Shown here: in pieces, positions 52,351-64,000 of the stretch
Numbering within the stretch: position 1 is the first letter of the stretch
How the letters are laid out: each line of letters opens with the position of its first letter
From: Camelus ferus
Lineage: Eukaryota
NCBI RefSeq assembly: GCF_009834535.1
Contig: NC_045696.1
Span: 68,450,001 to 68,514,000, forward strand
Direction of reading: 5' to 3'
DNA length: 64,000 bases
Program-made: the position numbers and the translations under genes
Notes under the pieces: generated by a model
Told to the model about the DNA's origin: nothing
The model's database searches: none
Seen by the model: only the letters and a program-made list of their open reading frames with translations

Positions 52351-53254
52351 TTAGCATCGGTTGTTGCAGCTGCTGTTTATTTTGTCAGTCCCAAAGTCCT
52401 TTCAAATACTAAGAGCTCCCTGTAGAAGTCTCCCCATGTCTGAAATGCCTCTCCCAGGGGCCCATTCTCTAGAGGGACATTCTTTTCTTCCATCAGCATG
52501 CCTGCACTGGCACACGCTTGGTACCCAGCAGGGTGTCAAGTGCTGTGGAGGACATTGCTTTTAGGATGCTCACAGTCTGATGGTGGAGGTAGGCACCCAC
52601 ACAACAGATGATTGTCCACAGCAGAATAAAGGCAGTGCTAAGAAAAGGCCTCAGTGCAGTGCTATGGAGGGCTAGGAAGGCTTGGGTGGGTCAGGGAAGT
52701 CTCCACAGCAGAGGTGGCATGTGAACTGGGGCGAGATGGCAGAACCGGAGAACAAAGACAGAAAAGCAGGTAATGGACATTCCATGCCCAGGATTAAAAA
52801 CCTGGTTCTTCAGGGCAGAGACCATAGGAGGTTTTTAAGAAGGGCCCAAGATGATTAACACTGTGCTTTCAGACAATAATGCCAGTAGCATTCAGGGGTG
52901 GGGGGAAATGGGTTTTCGTTTTCAGCACTTTTCTATCCTTATTCATTGTTAGTGTCACAAAGGCAGGGAGCGGTGAAAGAACATAGCATCTCTGGGAAAT
53001 GACTAACAGTCTACTGCACTGTCAAGGCTGGGCTGTGTGCAAAGAGGTGATAGGAGACAAAGCTGGAGGGCTAGGCTAAGACTCGCAGAAGGTCAGGCTA
53101 GGCAGTCAGCTTCCTTCCAAAGGCAGGGGACCTGGTGGCAGTCTGTGACAGGGGCGGGGGGGGGGGGATCCCAAGACTTTACTCAGATGATATGTTCAAC
53201 ATACATGTAGACATTTGGACAATTCCATCCGTAGGCTGAGATTTTTAGAAAACT

Positions 53255-53730
53255 GATTTCAGAACTGTGAGATTGAGGCCAGACACAGAAATTTTCAAGT
53301 CTATGTTGGAAAGTTTGTACCTTATTCTGCAGAATATAAAAAAAGTTTCATAAGAAGGAGCTTTACAAGCAGCACAGTGGCTCTGTTGGTGCCCCACCCA
53401 GAGGCCTCTGCAAGCAGCACACACAGCTCCAGGTGCTGTGCTGGGCATAATACTTACAGCTGCGAAGAAGGGGAGCCTTCGCAGGGACAGATCACAGACC
53501 ATGACTCCATGGCATGGATTGCGAAGGGCTAGTTCCCTTGCCTCAGTTCAGTGAAGGGAGGGACGGGGCTAACTCTGTGGGTGATCTGTGCTACTGTGGG
53601 ATTGGATCCAACTGAGTTTTTTCCCTGCCTTATCCTGCTTTTTTCATTCCCTTTACCCAGAGAGTACTTCCCCCCAGTAAATCACTGGAATCCCAGCCTC
53701 AGGCTCAGCTTCCAGGGAAGTTGACCTTAG
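53255..53730. mobile_element. LTR16-like ERVL LTR
   Basis: 3' end CCAGTAAATCACT...AGCCTCAGGCTCAGCTTCCAGGGAAG...ACCTTAG resembles LTR16. Confidence 0.55.
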
Positions 53731-56700
53731 TAAGATACACATTAACCTGCTTTGGGAGATGTTAACTCTCACAGCAGTGTGTAGGGGCAAATTGAAGACA
53801 GAGATCGAAAGCCTCGTTTTCTTCAGACTCTAGTGGGGGTTTATAACAATGACTTATCCATCAGCATTTGCTATCCTGAACTGTCCATTTTTGTCTCTTC
53901 CACTTGTCTTGTCATTTATTTTATCACAGGCAGCATCTTCCACAATGCCTGCAAAGAGCTAAGAAACAGAAATTCCCTGGCTATCTTTGGGCAATGCTTC
54001 TAAGATTTTGAACATTTCTCTGAGAAGTAAACCAACATAAAACTCCTTTGCCTGTAGGTGGGTACTGAGGGCCATAGCTCCCGTAAGCCATCTTGTACTC
54101 ATTGAAAATCTGAACCTAATTATGTACAAGTACACGCCGACAAACGCCCAACCTTCGTCAGCCTAACATTCAAGCACAGCGTTGATAAATATTTGTGTTT
54201 AATGGCACTGAAGGGGAGCATTTTATTTCTAAACATTGGCTGGTGAGCAATGATTTTGCCAAGAGCACAGCAAGAATTTTGCAATCTTGACTATTCCTAG
54301 GCTGTTGATGACATACAATTATTCCAAACTGCAGAAAGAAGTGAAGAGAAAATTCTTTAAAGAGCTCGTCACCAGGGAATCATTTAGTCAGGAAGAAGGG
54401 TGGGAGCACCAAATGAATTCCAGGGAGGTACAATTTTGCATTTTAACAACCATTCTTCTTGCCTTTATCTAAACACTTGAACCTTCTGAAGGCCTCTGGT
54501 TTTTTTGCACTGGGGCAAAAGGAGCAATGGTGGGCTTTGTCCTGTTCATCTCTGCCAGGTTTCAGAAGAGCACCTATTTAGTAGTCAGATAGACCTAGAG
54601 GTGAGTTCCTAGTTGTCATGTGAACTTGAGCAAGTTGCCAGCCTGCTCAAGGAGGCAGATGTGTGAGCTGGGAAGAGTGGGGCAGGTTATAGAGGTCAGT
54701 ACACCAGGCCCTGTCTGCTATGTCACTTTAGGTAAAAGAGTTCCCACCCCAGGGTGTCAGTTTTTCATAGATCTAAAATGAGAATTATAATACGGCCACG
54801 GCAGTGAGGATAACTGAGATGGCATGTGTAAATTAGCATAGCATCCTTCACAGAAAGAACATTTGACCAAGATGGGCTCTTCTTCAAGCACCAGGTTGAG
54901 TCAAGCTCTCCAACTCCGAGTCTCTTGGAGACACAGAGGCGCTAGGAAGCCTGCAGTGCAGTTGAGGGGCCCTGGCTGGGCAGGTTGTGAGGTTGTGGTA
55001 CCCTCTCTCTACCACTCATGTGCTGTGGATATTTGACAGATACGGCATAGTTGGTGAAACTTCCTTCCAATCTTCCTTCCTGCTCTGTGTGTTCGGCCTT
55101 CAGCACTTCTGCCTTCTGAATTCTCGTTTGTCCCTGAGCATTGGCTCCATTGTTTCAGTTAAATTTTCAGATGCTCATCTTAACTCCCTAACGAGAGTAT
55201 AGACTTCTTGAGGTTAGAGACTGATCACATTCATCTCTGTAGCCATATCCCAACCTCCAGTTCACAAAACGCACCCAGCACACACCAAATGCCAGCTAAA
55301 TATTGATGGATTGATGAGTTTGGGCCAGTTTCTGTGACTCAGATTTTTGACTGAGAATATGAGGTACTCAAGGATCATATTTACACTCATTAGACAGTGT
55401 TTCCTGGGTACTTGTTGTGTCCTAGGCTAAGTTCTTGGCTCTGAGAAAACAGTGGTGGAGACAATAGACAAAGTCCTTGCACTTACTGAACTTGCATTTT
55501 AGTGAGGAGGAGATAATTAACAAACAAACAACTCTGAGAGAAAATACGCAGTGTTTAGTGTTAAGATACAAGGTGATTCGCTGGCATGCTAGGAGCCAGC
55601 CAGGAGGAGCGCTTCAGCGGACAGAGCTAAGGTCCTGGGAAAAGTAATCACGCAAAGGTCCTAGTTACAGGACCAGGAAGAGTGCAAATGTAGGGGGAAA
55701 CATAGTGGGGGCAGTGCTTGGGGACCTGGTTTCTAAGTACTTAAGTAGAGGAAGTGACCCGCTCTGAATGCACTGCCGTCAGCTCAGAGGCTTAGTGCTT
55801 ATGCTTTTCTGTAGTCGGCAGACAGCACGATTTTTAACACCCTCTCATTCTACACCGAGAAGTAATAGCTCCAAGTTTCTTCTTCTTCTTTCCAACACTT
55901 TGAAAAAGAAATCTATGGGGCATACTCACTGCTAGACTTTCTTCCCTCCCTTGCACTCTTTGGAATTTGTAGGAAGAGAAGCAAACTTCAGTGGGAAGAG
56001 TGCTAAATTGGTAGTTACCTACTTATTTATGCATTTATGTATTTATTCCTTATATTCCACCTGTCTCCCCAAAGGATTTGTGATTGCCTATGTTAGAAAG
56101 CACCAATATGGTTTAAAGAATTCAAAGTCAAACAAAAATTAAGACAAGTTACATTCTACCGGGGCCTGCATTGATGGGATAGTGAGGAGCTGTTCACTAT
56201 GTCAGAGAAGGTAATTGATGGCACAGCCGAGCTGCCAGGCAGCCAGGGCACAAAGGGCATCCTCAGAGCTTCCACGGCCCACACTTGCTATCTTAAGATT
56301 CATGTCAGGGTCTGGCTGTGTGGCCTCAGGTAGCTCACCTCCCCTTTCAGCTTCATCTGAACAATGAGTGAGTTATTAAGTGAGACAGATTTTCAGAGAT
56401 CATCTGGTGTTAACATTTTGTGATTCCAGGCGGGGCTTGTACCTCACACAAGCCAGGGTGGAGTTGCCAGGTGAGAGACAACATCTGGAACATGTCAGCC
56501 CGGCTGTAAGAGACGATGGGACTCCCTAATGTAATGTTTAGGCGGCTGAGTGCTGTTGGTCACGAGCCTGCCCTCTGCTAGGTGGACTCCCTAGGCTGGC
56601 ATCCTTGGAGGAGTTACTGAATCTCTTTGCCTCAGCCTTCTTATCTGTAAAAGGGGAATGATGGTAATCCTTATGTGCTAGGGCTGTTGACACAATCAAC

Positions 56701-57099
56701 ATCATTACTGTATCTAAACTGGGGATCATGATAGCCCTTCGCAATAGGGCTGTTGACAGAATCAATGGTATCCATCCATTGAGAACATTTAGGGCACAAG
56801 TAAAAGTTCAGGAAGTGGGAGTGACTGCTATTATGGTTGCTGCTATTGTTCAGCCCCTGGAAAGTCTCAGAGGAGGGGACATTTTTGTTCCCCTGAATCT
56901 TCACACTCAGAGAGTGACTCTGGTGAAGGCATCAGGGCAACAATGGTAGGTCAGATAACTCAGCCTGGACACCGACTCCACGGATGTGACACAGGAGTGA
57001 ACAGTGTAATCAATAATGGCTGCTCGTGTGTATTGAGTACTTACTGTGTGCCATGCACTGTGATGGGTACCATGTTTGTCTTTTTTTTAAAAAAGTCAG

Positions 57100-57230
57100 C
57101 TTTATTTATTTATTTATTTATTTATTTTATTTATTTATTTACTTATTTATTGTTAATGGAAGTGCTGGGGATTGAACCCAGGACCTAGTGCATACTAAGC
57201 CCGCTCTACAACTGAGCTATACTTCACCCC
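57100..57230 (-). mobile_element. tRNA-derived SINE (same family as 34650, older), nested in a MIR
   Basis: (TTTA)n tail then GTGCTGGGGATTGAACCCAGGACC...ACTGAGCTATACTTCACCCC. Confidence 0.88.
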
Positions 57231-60200
57231 GCAACATACTCATCTTTTCATATAATTCTGTCAGCAATCTGTGGGGCAGGTGAGGACTCTGAGGTTCGGA
57301 GCAATCAATCCCTACTGGACTCTGCCTCCAAAGTCCATGCTCTAAGGCAAGTCAGATACTTGTGGAATTAAATCTTACCTCTGAGCACGTCAGTGGAGGA
57401 CTGAGCACCAGTCTGGGGACTGCAGAATGCCTGCTCCTTGATACAGGAGAGTATACCTGGGGACTTTGGAGCTGGGTGAAGAGTACATGGGAAAGACTGG
57501 AAGGTCTGGAGTCAGTGAAGGGGGAAAGGAGTCAATCGTTCTCTCTTTCTCCCCCCGCTGCCACATACCTACCAGTGTGCACACACACATACACTCACAC
57601 ACATGCACACACACCGTGTCAGTGGCATAAAGCATTTCACTCAGGGTTATTAAGCCTGGATTCAAGTATTTGCTCTTTTGCTTAACAGGGTGTGACCATG
57701 GGCCAGTCACGAGCTTCTTAGTTCTGTGCTTGTTTAAAATGGAGAGTCAAGTACTCCTCAACTTCCTCACAGGCAGTGTGAGGCTTACATCCTACAGATA
57801 ATGCAGGTGAGTTTTCTTCGGAAGAGGTAGAGCAGTACAAGTGGTATTTGATTTAAAGAAATCATTTTATAACCAACACTACCAAGATTTTGGATTGCCT
57901 TCTTCACACGAGACTTCCCTCCCCTCTCAGAAAAACATAATCATCCTCTTACCAACGATTCTGTCTCCTGGGGTGCCGGTGTGGAGCAGTGGAAGGGCAA
58001 ATTGCCTTAAATTAGCTCCAAAAATACTTGAGCAGATCAATTTCCAGAGTATTGTCAAGTGTCGAGTGGGTGGCCAATGAATTTTACTCAAGAGTAATGG
58101 CGCACTTCTGTCAAGAGGCAACAAGGCATGCGGTGGGGGTGGGAAAGCCAGCACCCAGGTGAATGCTCTGCAGCTAACTGGGCAAGGGGGCTTCCGTTAA
58201 AGGGAGAAGAATCATGGAAATGTGTAGTCCCATGTTTTTCTTTTTTGGAGCAGAGCAATTACTGTGTTGACATATTCTGGCCAGCCATTCAGGTTGTTGA
58301 CTTGGAAATTATTTTATCCGTCCCTTTGTTTGCTGTCACCTTAATGGGGTGATCAGGCCTGCAGGCAGTCATCAAATGCAATGGGTGCCTGGGAACTCTT
58401 CCTCCCTGGAGGGCAGGGGTGGCAGCATGCCAAAAGGGGCCCAATGCAGGGCTGAGGGCACAGGGCTGAGCATGAAGACTCTTAGTGCTCTTTCCTGATT
58501 GGGACGGTTCACTCTTCACCGTGTCTGTTTCTGAAATGTGTCTCTGGAGAGCACAGAGTGAGGCAGGGTAACGAGAGCTGGGTCTTGCCCCCTTAGCCAT
58601 TTGGCCTGGCCAGTTGACCTCTCTGAGTCCCCATCACCTCGTCTGCAAAATAGTGATCATGATGACTTCTGCTCCTCAAGGCTGTTGGGAGGATCAGATA
58701 CACCCATTTATTCCTTTAGTCCTCAAGCCTGTGTTAATCAAGCAGCTGCTCTGTTTCAGACACCGTGCTAGGACTTGGGAATACAGCCGTGAGAAGCCGT
58801 GACAAAGGTCCCAGCCCCCACGAGGCTTACACTCTGTACATGAAATGTATAGCAAGTCAGTTGCTGAAAAGTGCCATGGAGGGAACGTATATTGTGGGAA
58901 TGCCAGGTGGACTAGGTGTACCTAAGGCCATGAGGAAAGGTGACACTTGAACAAAGGCCTGAAGGAGGTAAGGAGTGTCAGTCATGTAGATGGCTGAGGG
59001 GACAGTGTTCCAAACAGAGGAAACAGCAAGTGCACAGTGAGATCATGTGTGAAAATGCTTTATAAATAGTGAAGGGTTGTCTAGATATATGTTGTAGCTT
59101 TTAAATCCAACTAATCTGATAGCAGAGACTGAACTCTTCCCAGAGGTACTCCTGCCTCTCAGTGCTGCAGAAAACTCTCTACAGGTTCCTAGCAAGTCTT
59201 AGCACCTCAGCAGTCATGGAACTCCTTGGGGAAAGGCACTAGGGTCTCTCTCTGGTTTTTATATGTGCATTGCTGTTCCTGTTACTAACCATTTCTGAGG
59301 CCATGTCTAAAAGAGCAACAAGCAACTAACAAGTCAATAATTTTTTTTTTAAAGTCAGACCAATTTTGCATTTTGCAAAGAAAAGAAGAAAAAAACTAGT
59401 TACTGACTTTTTTTTTTTCTTTCACTTTTCATTTGGTTGTACTGGAATGGCAAAGTCTGCCCCCTTGGTATAAAATGTACATTTCTGCTGACATTTAGAA
59501 ATAGCTCTGAGAGCTTCAGACAAAAGTTTCTCTAGATGTGCAAGAAGTTTCAATTATCCTGCTTGGGAAAATCAGTTTTTAGAGATGCTTTTTGGTGTCG
59601 GGAGGCCTCAGCTGAAGCAGGTGGGAGAGTTAATGAGCGGAATTGATAATGACAGGTAGGAAAATTGGTTGTCAGTCAAGATATGGAAGGAATGTCAGCA
59701 GGGAGATTGTATGGGGAGAGAGAAGATGGGGTTAGAAACAAGAACTAGAGATGGGCGGTGGTAGGGAAAAATACTCCAGCTACTGACAGAAGTCGGTGCC
59801 TGCCTGAGACTGGGGGACAGAGCTCAAAGACACAGCATCATTTAGGACTGAAGCGACCATAGGGATTTTCTGATTTTATTATTTCTGGGTTGGTTCTTCA
59901 TAACCTCAAATGCATTTAAGGACTCAGCAACGTTGCTAAGCCTGACACTCTTCGCCAAGCCTCGGGATGAGTGCATTATTCCCAGCTCCTTTCCTTCCAG
60001 CTGTGCTGTGCCTAATGGCAAAGACAAATTTGTCTCATAGCCTTGTGCTCCTGAGGTTGAAAGGACCCCTGGCGCAACAGTCACGTTGTACCAGGGAGGA
60101 TGCTCACTGCCACGAGAGGGAAAGTGACTTTGCCCAGGACCTTCAGAGATCTGGTTAAGAAATCAGGACTAGGGCCCATGTTAGGGACTTTCTCTATTTC

Positions 60201-62084
60201 ATGCTGCTCTAGAAGCCTACCCCATATTCAGTACTTACGATTTGTTGAATGGCCAGTTCATCAATGTTTTACCCAGGAAACCTACAGAGAGATCTTTTCC
60301 CTCCTGGTTCAAATGATAGCTGTATCTACACCTGGGACAACTGGCTTCTGAAATCTATGGAGAAGCAAGTCAATCAAAGTTGGAAAGAGGCACAGGATAA
60401 AGTAGGAGTTGGAGGACGTGGGTTCATATCTTGACTGATCACACCCTGGCTGTGGGTCTTGTGGTAAGGTGTGGAATCATGGACGCTTGGAGCCAGGAAG
60501 GAGCTTAATGAACACCCAAGCCAATTCTTCCTTTCATTGTCCCCTGTACCATATCTCTGAGCCACTCACTGATCCTGTGATGGGACAGTGTTGGAAAGGT
60601 TATTCTTATGCCAACCCAAACTCATGAACTCCTTTTAAATTCCTCCAATGTTACCTCTCTGGACCTCAGTTTCCTTGTTAGAAAATTGGGGCTTGTGATC
60701 CCAGCCTGCTCTGACTCTCTGCTTGGGGAGTAGTAAGTTTCAATAACAAGATACAATTAAACAACAGAAGAAAGCAGTAGTGTTGTAGTATAAAGTACAC
60801 TGGAAATCACTGCTATTTACTGAGAGACTGAAAAGTCCCTTTGAGCATCAATGTCCTGCTCTGTGAAGTAGGAATGGAAATACCTGACCTTTTTCCTTGT
60901 TAGGATTTTTGTTAGGATCCAACAAAGAAGGTAAGAAAAGAAAGCAACATGATGTAGCCAAAGGAGCATTACCTTTGGAAGCAGAAATCTCCAGGGTCTT
61001 ACCGTTTAATCACTATATATTTATACAGAGATCCTTCAAGCTCTCCGATACTCAATTTCCCAATTTGTAAGGTGGAGCTGGTAATACTTCTTTTTAGATT
61101 TTTATTTTTGTTTTTTATTTTCTTTTGTAAGGTAATGAAAATCAGCTGAAATCACTGATCTGTGATTTGGGCACGATCACTCTGGGGGCATATGCAAAGT
61201 TATTGCTGTTTTTGTGTGGGTGTCAGAGAGCAAGTGCCTTCCCATCACATCTCCTAACATGCCCTCATCCTCCAGGGACTCAGCCCTTACCTTGGAGATC
61301 CATGTGATCAAGAGAGGGAGATTTTTCTTGTGTCTGAATGCCAAGATGAACATCTCAGGTAAGCCCTAGGAGTGCTTAGGGCTGAATACTTACCTGTCTT
61401 TTGCAGAACAAAATGCAGTGCTTCTTTTCGCCATTTTCATGATGAATTAAAAAATGAAGAATAGTCAAGTCACTCTTCTCTCTGGGCCTCAGCCACCATC
61501 TCACCTCAATGAAGTCCTTTCAATCAGCAGTAGGCCAAGACTCAGGCTGCGGCTCCGGCACACTCATTAGATTAGACATATCAGAGCTGGAAGCAACCTT
61601 GGATCATCTAGTCTACCTCTCTGTGTAGATGGGGAATCTAAGGCCCAAGGGAATTCCTGCCCTAGACTAAGTAGCAATTAATGTCATAGCCAGCTCTAGA
61701 ACTCAAGCCTTCTAACTACAAATACAGTATTTGAGTCACATCATGTTGTTGTATCTCAACAAATATTGAGGACAAACTACCTATTAGACACTGAGTCAGA
61801 CTTTTTTAGGTTCCAACAATGAACAAGACCTATTCCTGCTCCCTAGAGCTCAGAGAGTAATTGAGGTGATCAACATGTAAACAAATAACTCTAGTCCAAG
61901 AGAGCTCAATCCTACACCCTTTTGTCTTACTATCTCCCTATAAGCCTTCTGTGGGCAGTTTGGGCCAAATTTTCACCTCCTCAAGTTCATTTCTAAAATG
62001 GGGACACTCATATATTCATTCATGCACTCATCATTAAATATTTATTAACCCCTACCACATTATTTTAACAAGGTCTGCACATCA

Positions 62085-62232
62085 TCAATGGTTCTTTCAC
62101 AAAACACAGAAACTGGGGCTCCACCCCCAAAAGACACACTGATTTAATAAGTCCAAGGTAAGGCTGGAGAATCTGCATTATGAACAAACTCAACCAGGTG
62201 ACTGTGACAAGTGGCCAGGTTGAGAACTCATG
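62085..62232. mobile_element. MER5-like DNA transposon nested in an L2
   Basis: GAGAATCTGCATTATGAACAAACTC...CCAGGTTGAGAAC. L2-like sequence resumes on both sides. Confidence 0.65.
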
Positions 62233-64000
62233 GCTTACGGTGTATGAGATACTATACAAGACACTAGAAGGCAGAGATACATAAACCCTACCCTTGATCT
62301 CAAGGAACTCCCAGTTTAGTTGGAGACTGGAGTTTGGACCGACAAGCTAACTGGCCTTTAGTCTGCAGTCTGAGGAATGCGCTATCCTAGAGAGCTCTAG
62401 CGCCAGGGGATATAGCACAGGGGCAGCTAAGCCATCTCGAGGCAGTTGGGTAAGGCTTCTTGGAGGGGGAGATGCTTGAGCTGAATCCTAAAGGATGCAT
62501 ATGAGTTAGCTACTGGGATGGTCAGGGTGGTGTGGGCAGTTTCAGGACAGGGCAGAAGGGGAAGGCAAGAACTAGCTTAGTGGACTCAGGGAATTGCAAG
62601 TATGAGTGGGACAGGAGGAGGGGTGGTGAGAGGGGAGACCCAGGAGGAAGGGAGGGATCAGCGCTTGGAGGGCTTTATCCTCTGGGCAATGAGAAAGAGC
62701 GGGGGATTTATTTTAAGCAGAATGACAGATTCAATTTGATCGTCACAAGGTAACTTTGGCAGCTTTGAGGAGAATGGATTAGGACTCCGGCAAAGGAGAA
62801 GGGAGACAGGAGGCAGAGGCGGTGATAAACTACGCCTGCCCTCCGACAGCAGGCTGTCGGAGATCAGTTGAGATGATCGGAGATCACTTAGTAAACAGTA
62901 TCTCGCTTCAGAAAAAAGAAAGGTGCCATTATTTTTATCACATTCCACGACCTTCAGAGCAGAGTCGTGGTGAGAGAAGAAAATGACTGAAAAGGTGGTT
63001 GGAGGAAGAGTTAGAGAGGAGGGAGGGAGGTGGGAAGAGGACAGAGAAGTACTTGGTGTCAAACAGTGTTTAAAATATCCTCTTTGCATCACACTAGCTC
63101 TTAATTGGCACCAACCACTGAGGGGCTGATTGATCCCAGCAAGAGTCCAGCAAAACAGATAATTTCTTACAAGCATCTAAAATTCATGAACCCTGTGGGG
63201 TCCTACACACCAATGCTTATTGTTGCTGAGGTCTAACACTTCCTTGAATGGATAAGTATCCAGGGGTGGCAGGTTTGGGGCTTTTTTTTTCTTTTCAAAA
63301 TGCAGAATATATTCTTGTATTTAATGCCTGTGGTCTTGCTGAGCAGATGAAAAGAGAGTAAAGAGCTGGGCTATGAGTTACAATTATAAATTAACTCAAT
63401 GTAATGGGCTCATTAAAGAGATGTTGGGTCTGAAGAATGTGTGTAGGAAACCTAATTTTGGATTAAGGGCTTGATTCATGCAAGATCTGTCCGCTGTCCA
63501 CTCAGGGTTTGGGTCAGAGGAAGTTATTCTCTACAGCAGCCTCTCACCTGGGACGAGGGCTACATGGGATTCGCTGGGCTTCACACAGAGGGAAGGGAGC
63601 CTACATTTATTAAGAATCTCCCATTTGCTAGGTACTTTGCCTTTGCAGTTTTTTTCCCCCAGAAACCCTATCAGTATAAATAATATTATTATTCTTTCTC
63701 AGATGTGAAAACTCAAATGAAAAAAAAACCAATTATACAATATGTCCAAGTTCTCATAGCTGGTCAGAGCATTGGGGAGTCAGTTAGACCCCAGGGCTAC
63801 AGAGCTTCTGATTTAAAGCATGCTTCCCTGCCACTCATGGATTCACTTTTCTTGATGTTGGCATGGTACAGCCAAAGCATTTTATTTTCTGTTAGTATGT
63901 GGACATTGCTCCACTAGGATGCCCTTTACGAGGGTCCACAGGAGAAAATGTTTCAATGCTGGGATCCGCTGTGCTGCTTCTGAAAGCCGGTGTGCGTGTT

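Noticed and set aside
62658..63176. 172-aa minus-strand ORF
   Set aside because: Overlaps L2-derived and low-complexity sequence, with no recognisable protein.

Overview
Mammalian genomic DNA, probably camelid (inferred from a tRNA-derived SINE resembling the Vicugna/Camelus family). The window holds two intact two-exon genes on the + strand. RTP2 (receptor transporting protein 2) has CDS join 8006..8169,10977..11484, 223 aa. SST (preprosomatostatin) has CDS join 26350..26487,27370..27582, 116 aa, with its classic promoter (UE-A, TAAT element, CRE, TATA). After SST come about 36 kb with no recognisable gene, rich in MIR, L2, L1, MLT1/LTR and MER repeats, with islands that look like enhancers. 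I see no new protein-coding system. The best leads are: an Ala-to-Thr change in the normally near-invariant somatostatin-28; a PBX/MEIS/RFX motif cluster 5 kb downstream of SST; an X-box that overlaps an upstream ORF start before RTP2; candidate CTCF sites; and a twin-primed (5'-inverted) L1 insertion. Repeat families, repeat boundaries and comparisons to other species are by eye or from memory, not from searches.
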